DNA of 64,000 bases from positions 6,721 to 70,720 of the IMG/VR virus record IMGVR_UViG_3300008050_008966; one strand, written 5' to 3'. Numbering within the stretch: the first letter of the stretch is position 1; each line of letters starts with the position of its first letter. The stretch is from a virus. A program made the translations under genes and the position numbers. Positions 1 to 9,382 of the stretch are shown one piece after another. A model generated the notes under the pieces. It was not told the DNA's origin, searched no databases, and saw nothing but the letters and a program-made list of their open reading frames with translations.

Positions 1-1
1 A

Positions 2-157
2 AAAAAAATAAAAGAGCTAATGAGGGAGGAAAATATGACCCTCAAAGAATTGATTAAAAAATATCCCCATTTAGCAGAAATGCATTTGGAAGAATTTGTA
101 ATCAACGATGAAATTTCTGAAATAAAAGAAAAAAATAAAAAACTATTATTGGATTAA
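2..157 (+). CDS. 3' part of a hypothetical protein, truncated by the window edge
   Basis: Open frame from position 2 (KKIKELMREENMTLKELIKNIPHLAEMHLEEF...KLLLD) to TAA at 155-157, directly followed by the next ATG at 159. Confidence 0.5.
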   Translation, partial: KKIKELMREENMTLKELIKKYPHLAEMHLEEFVINDEISEIKEKNKKLLLD

Positions 158-158
158 T

Positions 159-344
159 ATGAGAAATAAAAAATATTATTTTACTTTTTTTGATCAACTG
201 ACTCGGCGCGCCGAAACCCTAGAGGTTATGGCAAAATCATTTGCAGAGGCATGCCCAGGCGCATATGTATACAGAGTTGATCTTAATAAGAGGCATAAAA
301 AGAGCGATTGGGATATCATATCTGTAAAAAGTAAGATATCTTAA
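159..344 (+). CDS. hypothetical protein (61 aa)
   Basis: Fills the gap between two co-oriented genes; no recognisable motif. Confidence 0.55.
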   Translation: MRNKKYYFTFFDQLTRRAETLEVMAKSFAEACPGAYVYRVDLNKRHKKSDWDIISVKSKIS

Positions 345-346
345 AA

Positions 347-763
347 ATGAGAAAAATTATTGCTTTAAGTGGAGGTTTTGATCCCCCTACCATTGGCCAA
401 ACTAAAATGATATCACATGCTTCAAGACTTGGAGATGTGGTAATAATATTAAATTCAGATCGCTGGCTTTCAAAAAGGAAGCATCATCTTTTTTTGCCTC
501 GTGAAAAAAGAAAATTTCTTTTAAAAAAAATGCCTGGGGTTATCGATGTTATTGACGCCAAAGATGAAGATGGAACAGTTCGCGAAACTCTTCGCGAACT
601 TAAGCCAGACATATTCGGAAATGGTGGTTATAGAACACCAGAAAATACCCCAGAAATCGATCTTTGCAGAGAATTGGGCATAGAGCTTGTTTGGCAAGTT
701 GGAAGCGCGAGAGACGTCAGACAAATAGAAAATTTGTATACACAAGTTTTGTCAAATGAGTAA
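347..763 (+). CDS. cytidylyltransferase-like (HIGH superfamily) nucleotidyltransferase with a degenerate motif
   Basis: IALSGGFDPPTIGQ (canonical GxFDxxHxGH), VIILNSD, LKPDIFGNGG, PEIDLCRELGIELV match the small CTP_transf_like family. Confidence 0.75.
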   Translation: MRKIIALSGGFDPPTIGQTKMISHASRLGDVVIILNSDRWLSKRKHHLFLPREKRKFLLKKMPGVIDVIDAKDEDGTVRETLRELKPDIFGNGGYRTPENTPEIDLCRELGIELVWQVGSARDVRQIENLYTQVLSNE

Positions 764-1040
764 GACAGACAAAAATAAAAAATATGAATTAAATTTAATT
801 AAAAAAATAGTAGAAGAAGAATCAATCGATGCTTTTATTTCTTACGATATAGAATATGAATTTAAAACATTAGATAGCGAAGTAAAAACTGTTTACGTCT
901 GGGAGAATCGCGATTCTCAAAATCCAGTAGAATATTACATGTTAGAAAGCTTGACAGAACGAATCAAAAAGATTAATCCACGATATCGAGTTGGAATAAT
1001 GTTCGAAGAAAGAGAATCAATTGTTGATGAACTTCCATAA
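756..1040 (+). CDS. hypothetical protein (94 aa)
   Basis: Overlaps the upstream stop in operon-like packing; no motif. Confidence 0.55.
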   Translation: MSKTDKNKKYELNLIKKIVEEESIDAFISYDIEYEFKTLDSEVKTVYVWENRDSQNPVEYYMLESLTERIKKINPRYRVGIMFEERESIVDELP

Positions 1041-1763
1041 TTCTCTAAAAGTAGTTGATACCGTTACGTGGTGAAAATATGCATATACAGAATGTGTAAC
1101 ACCGATTATTTCACCTTTTTTGTTGATAAGTGGAGATCCGCTTGAGCCTCCCATTGCCGGCACACTATAAAAAGCGCTGCCATCATTAATTCCAAGAAAC
1201 CTGCCTTCAAATGTTGGCACCATTCCGTTTTTAGCTAGCCCTCCAGGCGAGGCTACTGTGTATATTTTTTCTCCATATAGCGGCTCTTTATTAGAAAGTC
1301 TTAAAAATGGAGCGTCAATACCATCTACAAACATCAAGCATATATCGTTTTCATGATCAATTTTGATCGGTATTGCATTATAAGAATCCCAGTCATTTGC
1401 TTCAATCGTTACTGAAAAATCATATACGAGCTGCTGTTGTGTCATTTTTGCCATGGCGTTTAAACGATCACTTTGGCATATATGAGCTACTGTTAATATA
1501 TGTTTCTTTCCTCGATAATTAACAACAGATCCAGAACCCCAGGCGCCCCCTATTTTTTCTTTCGTACATTCTTTTTTATCACCTTCCAATTCAATACAAT
1601 CTAAGTTCCAAACTGCAACTTCTATTTTCACAAATGATTTTTTTGTTTTTTTTAAAAGATTTTCAACAGGATCAAATGACTGAATATTTGGATACACACA
1701 ACTAGTTAAAGTTGTAAAAAGAAAAATTATAAGATAGAAAAATACTTTTTTTAAACGTAACAT
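1017..1763 (-). CDS. trypsin-like (S1) serine protease with a putative lipoprotein signal peptide
   Basis: GSGS; ILTVAH (His); NDICLM (Asp); GGSSGSPLINKKGEIIGV (Ser). N-terminus is basic, then hydrophobic, ending in LTSC. Confidence 0.85.
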   Translation of the reverse strand: MLRLKKVFFYLIIFLFTTLTSCVYPNIQSFDPVENLLKKTKKSFVKIEVAVWNLDCIELEGDKKECTKEKIGGAWGSGSVVNYRGKKHILTVAHICQSDRLNAMAKMTQQQLVYDFSVTIEANDWDSYNAIPIKIDHENDICLMFVDGIDAPFLRLSNKEPLYGEKIYTVASPGGLAKNGMVPTFEGRFLGINDGSAFYSVPAMGGSSGSPLINKKGEIIGVTHSVYAYFHHVTVSTTFRELWKFINN

Positions 1764-1796
1764 TCTATTATAATTATTTTTAGTTTAAAGAAAAAT

Positions 1797-3107
1797 ATGA
1801 AAAAAACCTATGTTCTGGATACAAATGTATTTTTAACCAATGCTAAGTCTATATTTTCATTCAACAATAATGATATTATAATTCCTTTAAAAGTTTTAGA
1901 AGAAATCGATAAACATAAAAAAAGGCAAGATGGTGTAGGCCTAAATGCGCGCCATTCAATACGTATTCTTGATAATTTGAGAGAAAAGGGGAATTTGCAC
2001 AAAGGAGTTCGCCTGCAAAAGGGTAAAGGCATATTATCTGTTAAAATGTATGATCCAGATTTAATGCCAACCGGGCTGGATGAAACAAATGCAGATAATC
2101 AAATTGTCGCGACAGCCTTAACTGAAAAACGAGATAATCCAAAACGTAAGGTAATTGTGATATCCCGAGACATTAATATGCGTATCAAGTGCGACGCATT
2201 AGAGATGCCTTCAGAGGATTATATAGAGGATCAGGTAGTCTCGGACATCCAAGAGCTTTACGATGGCTTTAAGACCCATTTAGTCGATGATCCTGTGATA
2301 GATAGGTTCTATGCCGGCGAAGATATTATGGCGGCGACTGTTGAGGGCAAATTTTATCCAAATCAATATGTAATGCTTCTATCAAATTCTGATCCCAAAC
2401 ATGCCGCCTTGGCTAAATTTGTTAATAACCAGACGCCTTTACAGAAAATTGATGAATATAAAAACAAAGGTATTTGGGGTTTAAGAGCTAGAAATAAAGA
2501 ACAAGCATTCGCTTTAGATATGTTGATGAACGAAGATATTCCAGTTATTTCAATGATTGGCCCCGCCGGCTGCGGAAAAACTTTATTAGCAATTGCAGCT
2601 GGATTAAATCAGGTATTAGATCAGAATAGATACAAAAAATTAGTAGTATCGCGACCAATTCAGCCTGTTGGCAGAGATATTGGATTTTTGCCTGGCAGCC
2701 TCGAAGAAAAAATGGGCCCATGGATTATGCCCGTACAAGATAATTTAGAATTTTTAATGGGTGATAGAAAAGATACAATGTCTTTATTGATAGAACAAGG
2801 AACAATTGAGATTGAAGCTTTAACTTATATTCGAGGCAGATCTATTTCAAATGCATTCGTAATCATTGACGAGGCCCAAAATCTCACAGTTCATGAATTA
2901 AAAACAATTGTTACAAGAATTGGTGAGAATTCTAAAATTATTTTAACTGGCGATATCGAACAAATTGATAATACATATTTAGATGCCACCTCCAATGGCC
3001 TTTCTTATGCAATTGAAAAATTTAAAGAACATGAAGTTGCAGCTCATATAACCCTCAAGAAAGGCGAGAGATCAAAAGTTGCAACATTGGCTTCAAAAAT
3101 ACTTTAA
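1797..3107 (+). CDS. phoH: PhoH family protein with N-terminal PIN domain
   Basis: PIN motifs YVLDTNVF, EEID, ADNQI, SRDINMRIK; Walker A GPAGCGKT; IGFLPG, YIRGRS, IIDEAQN, TGDIEQID. Confidence 0.92.
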   Translation: MKKTYVLDTNVFLTNAKSIFSFNNNDIIIPLKVLEEIDKHKKRQDGVGLNARHSIRILDNLREKGNLHKGVRLQKGKGILSVKMYDPDLMPTGLDETNADNQIVATALTEKRDNPKRKVIVISRDINMRIKCDALEMPSEDYIEDQVVSDIQELYDGFKTHLVDDPVIDRFYAGEDIMAATVEGKFYPNQYVMLLSNSDPKHAALAKFVNNQTPLQKIDEYKNKGIWGLRARNKEQAFALDMLMNEDIPVISMIGPAGCGKTLLAIAAGLNQVLDQNRYKKLVVSRPIQPVGRDIGFLPGSLEEKMGPWIMPVQDNLEFLMGDRKDTMSLLIEQGTIEIEALTYIRGRSISNAFVIIDEAQNLTVHELKTIVTRIGENSKIILTGDIEQIDNTYLDATSNGLSYAIEKFKEHEVAAHITLKKGERSKVATLASKIL

Positions 3108-3170
3108 CAAAGTCTGACATGTCTGGTAGTATTGACTCCAGGTCTTACTTAATTAAAAAGGAAATTAAAT

Positions 3171-3434
3171 ATGAACACACATGAACAAAATCCGGTGCTT
3201 TTCGAAACACCAATGCCAGATACAGAGCTTAAAAGATGGCTTGTAGAATATGTAGGATCTCAACACGGACCGGCCAGTGGAGACGTGACCGTTGAAATGA
3301 TCATTGAAACGATGTCAAGCGAATTTCCAGAATTTTTGATGGCTATAGCTGAAGAGAATTTTTTTAGAGGTTATGAACAAGCTTTGGCAGACTTGACTGA
3401 AGCAGAAAAATCTATGAATTCAAATAATGAATAA
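3171..3434 (+). CDS. hypothetical protein (87 aa)
   Basis: AAGGA SD upstream of the ATG; no function recognised. Confidence 0.7.
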   Translation: MNTHEQNPVLFETPMPDTELKRWLVEYVGSQHGPASGDVTVEMIIETMSSEFPEFLMAIAEENFFRGYEQALADLTEAEKSMNSNNE

Positions 3435-4110
3435 GATTCAAGAATATATTAATAAGCGCCATAACACAAAAAATGAATATTTATTATTTAATAAAGTGCC
3501 AATTATTATTCAAGATCGCCTAAAGGTTGAAAATGATTTCAATATTAGCGATCTGGTCAAAAATTTAGAATCTCTTTTACCGATAATTTTTAAATCAATA
3601 ATAAAATCAATAATAATATTGGACAGTCCGGTTTTTGATGAAAGAGAAGTAAACGCGTTTTATCAAGATAGTACATTATACATTTCAAACGAACAAGATG
3701 ATTTAAACGATATTATAGACGATATTGTTCACGAATTCGCGCATGCTCTAGAAGTATACTTTGAATCAGAGTTATACGGCGATGGTCAAATAAAAGATGA
3801 ATTTCTTAAAAAAAGAACTTTATTGAAACATATCTTGAAATATGAAGGCCTCGACGTCGACAATTATGATTTTAACATGCTAGACTATACTAAAACTCTT
3901 GATGATTTTTTTTACAAGACCGTTACTTATGAGAAGATAAATAATTTGACAAATCACGGACTTCTGATAACTCCGTATGCCATTACATCATTACAAGAAT
4001 ATTTTGCTACTGGTTTTGAAGAATATATATTGGGAGATGGAAGAGAATTATCTAATATTAGTCCAAAACTTTTTGCAAAAATAAAAAATATTTTAGAATT
4101 TCAATATTAG
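3427..4110 (+). CDS. putative zinc metallopeptidase-like protein (HExxH)
   Basis: NAFY, IVHEFAHALE and downstream YAITSLQEYFATGFEEY, a zincin-type layout. Confidence 0.6.
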   Translation: MNKIQEYINKRHNTKNEYLLFNKVPIIIQDRLKVENDFNISDLVKNLESLLPIIFKSIIKSIIILDSPVFDEREVNAFYQDSTLYISNEQDDLNDIIDDIVHEFAHALEVYFESELYGDGQIKDEFLKKRTLLKHILKYEGLDVDNYDFNMLDYTKTLDDFFYKTVTYEKINNLTNHGLLITPYAITSLQEYFATGFEEYILGDGRELSNISPKLFAKIKNILEFQY

Positions 4111-4124
4111 GAGAATTAATTAAA

Positions 4125-4451
4125 ATGAAAAATTTTAAAAAACAAATTAATGGATACGAACTTGTATTCGAAGTTGATGAGAAGATAGACAAGGCTTTAG
4201 AAGTTAAAGTTACTATTCCCCCTAAAAGACCTGAAGATCGTGGCTGTATGTGGATACACCAAGATTTGAGAAAAATAATTTTAGAAGAAAGTAAATTAGA
4301 GTTAGTCAGCGCCGATGATTATTATGATGCAACATATGCACTACCACGAAAAACATGTTCAATTACATTTACTTTCGAGAAAGCGGGGCCTATATTAAAG
4401 AAAAGTACTACAAAAACTAAACGTACAAAGAAAAATACTACTAAGAAATGA
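4125..4451 (+). CDS. hypothetical protein with a Lys/Thr-rich C-terminal tail
   Basis: AGGAG SD upstream; ATGA overlap with the next gene. Confidence 0.6.
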   Translation: MKNFKKQINGYELVFEVDEKIDKALEVKVTIPPKRPEDRGCMWIHQDLRKIILEESKLELVSADDYYDATYALPRKTCSITFTFEKAGPILKKSTTKTKRTKKNTTKK

Positions 4452-5224
4452 AAAAACACATATCGTACTCTGAACTTAAAACATGGGCAGAGTGTTCGTG
4501 GCGACATAAATTAGAATATATCGATGGTTTAAGATTTTTTAAAGGGAATGAATATACTTCTTTTGGAAAAGCTTTGCACACCGTGGGAGAAAAATTCGTT
4601 GCTGAAGAATTAACAGAAAAACCAGAAGAATATTTTGAATTGCAATTCTTAAACGAATTGAGAATCTTGGCCAAAGAAGACAAAGATTTGGTTTTGGATA
4701 CCAAATTGGTGCAAAGTATGCGCCATCAGGGAGCTTTATTGGCACCACAAATGATTCCTGGCTTAAAAGAATATTTTGAAGATTACGATGTTTTTTCCGT
4801 TGAAGAAAAATTATATGAGCCAATTGGCGAAGAAAAAAGCTTTAAAGGATTTATCGATTTAGTTCTTAAAAAAGATGATGAATATCATATTATTGATTGG
4901 AAAACCTGTTCATGGGGCTGGAAACAAGAAAAAAAGCAAGATAGGCTGATAACATATCAGTTAACTTTGTATAAACATTATTTCGCCAAAAAGCACAATA
5001 TTGATCCGAAACAAATAAAAACTTATTTTGCTCTTTTGAAAAGAACAGCGAAACAAGACCAAATAGAAATATTTCATGTGAGTAGCGGCCCAAGAAAAAC
5101 TAAAAATGCGCTTAACTTACTATCAACAGCGTTATATAATATTGAAAGTAAGCGATACGTAAAAAATAAATTATCATGTAGATATTGTCCGTTCGACAAT
5201 AATCCAACAATGTGTAAAAAATAG
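4448..5224 (+). CDS. PD-(D/E)XK nuclease, Cas4/RecB-like
   Basis: ISYSELKTWAEC, FGKALH, VEEK, GFIDLV, IIDWKT, QLTLY, and C-terminal CRYCPF...C (four Cys, possible Fe-S cluster). Confidence 0.88.
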   Translation: MKKHISYSELKTWAECSWRHKLEYIDGLRFFKGNEYTSFGKALHTVGEKFVAEELTEKPEEYFELQFLNELRILAKEDKDLVLDTKLVQSMRHQGALLAPQMIPGLKEYFEDYDVFSVEEKLYEPIGEEKSFKGFIDLVLKKDDEYHIIDWKTCSWGWKQEKKQDRLITYQLTLYKHYFAKKHNIDPKQIKTYFALLKRTAKQDQIEIFHVSSGPRKTKNALNLLSTALYNIESKRYVKNKLSCRYCPFDNNPTMCKK

Positions 5225-5232
5225 GTTTATAA

Positions 5233-6498
5233 ATGGAAGAAAATAAGAAGATTAAGGTGTTGGTCTTGAGTGATCATCCGCTTTCTCCCTCTGGAGTTGG
5301 CACACAAACGAGATATATGATTGAGTCTTGTTTAAAAACTGGAAAATTTCAATTTGTATGTCTTGGAGGTGCTATAAAACACCTAGACTATACTCCTAAA
5401 AAAATTGATCCATATGGCGACGATTGGTTGATATTCCCCATCGATGGATATGGCACCCATGAGATAATTAGATCTGCAATTCGTGGCCATAAACCCGATA
5501 TTGTCTGGTTTATGACAGATCCTAGATTTTTTGGATGGCTTTGGGAAATTGAAAATGAAATTCGTAGTTTAGTACCAATGGTGTATTATCATGTGTGGGA
5601 CAACCATCCATATCCCAAATTTAATAAGATTTTCTATGAATCTACAGATGTGATAGCTACTATTTCAAAAGTAACTGATGATATCGTAAAAACCGTAGCA
5701 CCAGATGTTGAAAGTCATTACATTCCACATGCGGTAGATAGTAATATTTTTAAACCCCTGGACGAAGAAGAAATAAAGAAATTTGTTCTAGAAGGCATGC
5801 CCAATTTGGAAAATAAAGTTATTTTCTTTTGGAATAATAGAAATGCCAGAAGAAAGCAAAGTGGCACTTTGTTATTCTGGTTCAATGAATTTTTAGATAA
5901 AGTCGGTCGCGACAAAGCAGCATTAGTGATGCACACTAATCCGAAAGATCAACATGGTCAAGATTTGGTGGCTATAATCGAAGAGCTTGAGATGAATGAT
6001 GGTCAAGTAATATTTTCAACGCAAGCCGTTGCACCAGAAATTTTAGCTAAAATTTATAATTATGCAGATTGTACAATCAATATATCAGATGCGGAAGGCT
6101 TTGGTTTAGCAACGTTGGAGTCTCTTTCGTGTGGCACTCCTATTATTGTTAATATGACCGGAGGCCTCCAGGAACAAATTACAGATGGGGAGAATTGGTT
6201 TGGTGTTGGTATTGAACCAGCTTCTAGAGCAATAATTGGATCTCAAACAGTACCGTATATTTATGAAGATCGACTTAATAAAGATGATTTTATTAATGCA
6301 CTCCTGAAAATTTATGAATTAACAAGAGAACAGCGGAAAGAAATTGGACTTTTGGGACGAAAATATGTTGAAGAAAATTATAATTTTGAAAATTTTGGTA
6401 AACGATGGCCCACATTGTTAGAAGATATTCATGAAAGATATGGATCTTGGAAAACAAGAAAAAATTATAAATCATGGCAATTAATTGAGGTGGCATAA
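5233..6498 (+). CDS. glycosyltransferase, GT-B fold (GT4-like)
   Basis: SGVGTQ, IPHAVDSNIFKP, NRNARRK, EGFGLATLESLSCGTPII. Confidence 0.9.
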   Translation: MEENKKIKVLVLSDHPLSPSGVGTQTRYMIESCLKTGKFQFVCLGGAIKHLDYTPKKIDPYGDDWLIFPIDGYGTHEIIRSAIRGHKPDIVWFMTDPRFFGWLWEIENEIRSLVPMVYYHVWDNHPYPKFNKIFYESTDVIATISKVTDDIVKTVAPDVESHYIPHAVDSNIFKPLDEEEIKKFVLEGMPNLENKVIFFWNNRNARRKQSGTLLFWFNEFLDKVGRDKAALVMHTNPKDQHGQDLVAIIEELEMNDGQVIFSTQAVAPEILAKIYNYADCTINISDAEGFGLATLESLSCGTPIIVNMTGGLQEQITDGENWFGVGIEPASRAIIGSQTVPYIYEDRLNKDDFINALLKIYELTREQRKEIGLLGRKYVEENYNFENFGKRWPTLLEDIHERYGSWKTRKNYKSWQLIEVA

Positions 6499-7778
6499 TG
6501 ATAAAAGTATTAGTAAGAGGGCCGGTCTTAACAAGATCTGGGTATGGAGAACATGTTAGGTTTTTACTGCGCGCCCTGCGTACAGTCGAAGATAAACTAG
6601 ATCTATATTTAATTCCACTAGGGTGGGGACATACTGGCTGGGTTGTTGATGACGATGAAGAAAGAAAATGGCTTGATAAATTAATAGAAAAGACATCACT
6701 GGCGCTTAATTCACAAAAGGTAGAATTTGACATGTCTATCCAAGTTTCAATTCCAAATGAATGGGAAAAATTAGCACCGGTTAATATTGGAGTCACAGCT
6801 GGGATCGAGACAACAAAAATAGCGCCAGCTTGGATTGAGAAAGGAAATATGATGGATTTGATTATTGTTCCATCAAATCACTCAAAACAAGTGTTCGAAA
6901 ATACGAAATATGAAGTAACCGTAAAAGAAACAAATAAAATTATTCCTGATTATTGTTGTATCACCCCGATTCATGTTATATCATATCCTGTCAAGAAAAT
7001 TGAACCCGTAGAGGTACCTTTGGACCTAAAGACTGATTTTAATTTTTTGACAGTTGCACAATGGGGCCCGAGAAAAAATATTGTTAATTCTATTCAATGG
7101 TTCGTTGAAGAATTTATTGATCAAGAAGTGGGCCTTGTTATCAAAACGAATTTAACCAAAAATTCTTTAATGGATAGAAAACACGTTGAGGGCCTATTGC
7201 GGCATGCCCTATCCAAGGAAGATTATAAAAATAGAAAATGTAAAATTTATCTTTTGCATGGCGACATGACAGATGCCGAATTACATCAATTATACCGCGA
7301 TCCAAAAATAAAAGCGCTTGTTTCGACAACTCATGGCGAAGGATTTGGATTGCCATTGTTCGAGGCAGCTTATGAGGGCTTACCAGTCGTCGCGCCTGAT
7401 TGGAGCGGGCATGTCGACTTCCTTCATATGCCAACAAAAGACAAGAAAAATAAAATCAAAAACAAGCCTATGTACGCAAAAGTAGAATATACCCTAGGGC
7501 CCATTCCACAAGAAGCTATATGGGATAGTGTGATCCAAAAAGACTCAATGTGGTGTTATCCGGAACAAGGATCTTTAAAGATTAAAATGAGGGAAGTCTA
7601 CAAAGATTATGGCAGATTTAAAAAACAAGCCAAGAAGCTTCAAAAATATTTAAATAAAACCCTAACAGCTGAAAATCAATATAAAATAGTTGTTGATACT
7701 GTTTTTGGTAATCAACTAAAATTAAGCGAAGAACAAAATAAGTGGGTAGATGATTTATCTAACATACAGATGTTGTAG
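6498..7778 (+). CDS. glycosyltransferase, GT-B fold (GT4-like)
   Basis: RSGYGEH, IIVPSNHSK, PRKN, GEGFGLPLFEAAYEGLPVVAPDWSGHVDF. Confidence 0.9.
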   Translation: MIKVLVRGPVLTRSGYGEHVRFLLRALRTVEDKLDLYLIPLGWGHTGWVVDDDEERKWLDKLIEKTSLALNSQKVEFDMSIQVSIPNEWEKLAPVNIGVTAGIETTKIAPAWIEKGNMMDLIIVPSNHSKQVFENTKYEVTVKETNKIIPDYCCITPIHVISYPVKKIEPVEVPLDLKTDFNFLTVAQWGPRKNIVNSIQWFVEEFIDQEVGLVIKTNLTKNSLMDRKHVEGLLRHALSKEDYKNRKCKIYLLHGDMTDAELHQLYRDPKIKALVSTTHGEGFGLPLFEAAYEGLPVVAPDWSGHVDFLHMPTKDKKNKIKNKPMYAKVEYTLGPIPQEAIWDSVIQKDSMWCYPEQGSLKIKMREVYKDYGRFKKQAKKLQKYLNKTLTAENQYKIVVDTVFGNQLKLSEEQNKWVDDLSNIQML

Positions 7779-9382
7779 TGAAAGTTGTATTTATATCAGA
7801 TTATTTTCGAAAAGAACTCTTAGATACGATGATACATCACGAATTGACTGCAGGTGCCGAATCAAATGATTCAGTATTAATTTCTTATCTTAAGAATAAT
7901 TTTTCATTAATTATAAAAAGAAGCTCTGATTGTGATTTACCTTTTATGCGAAAGCATAAAGATTCTGTTTTTATTATAAGTAACTTTATCTTCTTGCCCG
8001 AAGTAGTTAAAGGCTTTTTAATCAATGAAGCGAAATATATTATTTATGAGCATGATCACAAATATGTATATACGAGAGATCCTTCAAAATTTAAAGACTA
8101 TGATATACCAACCAACATGTTGGCCAATGTTGAGTTTTATACAAATGCCTATAAGGTGATCGTTTTAAGTAAAATTTGTAAAGAAATATTAGAAAAAAAT
8201 CTGAATTTAAATAATGTCATAAGTATTGGAACCAGTTTGTGGTCTGATGAGAAGTTTAAATTATTAGAAAAAAAGATAAAAAATAAAAAAGATAAAAAAT
8301 TAGGAATTATAAAATCTACTAATTTGATCAAGGGCACGCAAGAGGCAATTGATTATTGTAACAATAAAAATATTGAGTTTGAATTAATAGAGCAAAATCA
8401 AGAAAGTGAATTTTTAGATTTAATATCTGAGTATGAACAAATTTTATTTCTACCACAAGTTTTAGAAACATTTTGTCGTACTGTAGCAGAAGCAAAAATA
8501 TTAAATTGTAAATTATTAACGACACCAAAAAGAATCGGTTTTTTTAGCGAATCTGAATTATTAAGCCTCCATGGTCTGGGCCTTTTAGAAGAACTCAAAG
8601 ACAGAACTCAAAAAGCCTGCACCTTATTCAAACATCTAATTGAGGATAAACAAAAAGAGATAACAGTAATATTAAATTGTTATAGAAGGCCTGAATACTT
8701 GAAAGAACAGATTGAAGCCGTTAAGAAACAAGCAAAAAAACCTCATGAAATTTGGGTTTGGGTCAACCATCATGAAGATAATCAAAATTTTGATTTTTCC
8801 AAGCTTGGTGTCGATAGAATATTCAAGAATGACTATAATTGGAAATATTATGGACGTTTCGCAGCTGCCATGTTGGCAAAAACAAAATATATAGCTTTGT
8901 TTGATGATGATACGATACCTGGCAAAGAATGGTTTTCCAATTGTTTAGAACAGATATCTCAAAAAGAAGGAATTATGGGGGGCGCCGGCGTTACACTGAA
9001 GCATGAATCTTATAAAGACCACGATAGGCACGGATGGTCATCACAAAATGAAGATTTAGTTGAGGTTGATTTGGTGGGACACGCGTGGTTTTTTAAGAAA
9101 GAGTGGTTGAAATACCTTTGGATGGAAGATCCTCTCACTTGGGAAAATGGAGAAGATATTCATTTTGCTTATGTGGCTCAAAAATATGGAAATATATCTT
9201 CTTATTGTCCGCCACATCCTAAGAGTAATATTGAAAAACATAGTTCGCTGAAAGGTTATGAATACGGCGTTGATGATAAGGCGAGTAGCGCAGTTAAGAA
9301 TCATGCAATATTTTATCAAGAAAGAGATGAAATAGTAAAACATGCCATCGCCGGCGGCTGGAAGATTTTAAAAAATAAATGA
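7778..9382 (+). CDS. two-domain glycosyltransferase (GT-B-like N-terminus plus GT2/GT-A C-terminus)
   Basis: GTG start; N-half AGAE, IYEHD, ETFCRTVAEAKILNC; C-half ITVILNCYRRPEYL, ALFDDDTIP, GEDIHF. Confidence 0.8.
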   Translation: MKVVFISDYFRKELLDTMIHHELTAGAESNDSVLISYLKNNFSLIIKRSSDCDLPFMRKHKDSVFIISNFIFLPEVVKGFLINEAKYIIYEHDHKYVYTRDPSKFKDYDIPTNMLANVEFYTNAYKVIVLSKICKEILEKNLNLNNVISIGTSLWSDEKFKLLEKKIKNKKDKKLGIIKSTNLIKGTQEAIDYCNNKNIEFELIEQNQESEFLDLISEYEQILFLPQVLETFCRTVAEAKILNCKLLTTPKRIGFFSESELLSLHGLGLLEELKDRTQKACTLFKHLIEDKQKEITVILNCYRRPEYLKEQIEAVKKQAKKPHEIWVWVNHHEDNQNFDFSKLGVDRIFKNDYNWKYYGRFAAAMLAKTKYIALFDDDTIPGKEWFSNCLEQISQKEGIMGGAGVTLKHESYKDHDRHGWSSQNEDLVEVDLVGHAWFFKKEWLKYLWMEDPLTWENGEDIHFAYVAQKYGNISSYCPPHPKSNIEKHSSLKGYEYGVDDKASSAVKNHAIFYQERDEIVKHAIAGGWKILKNK

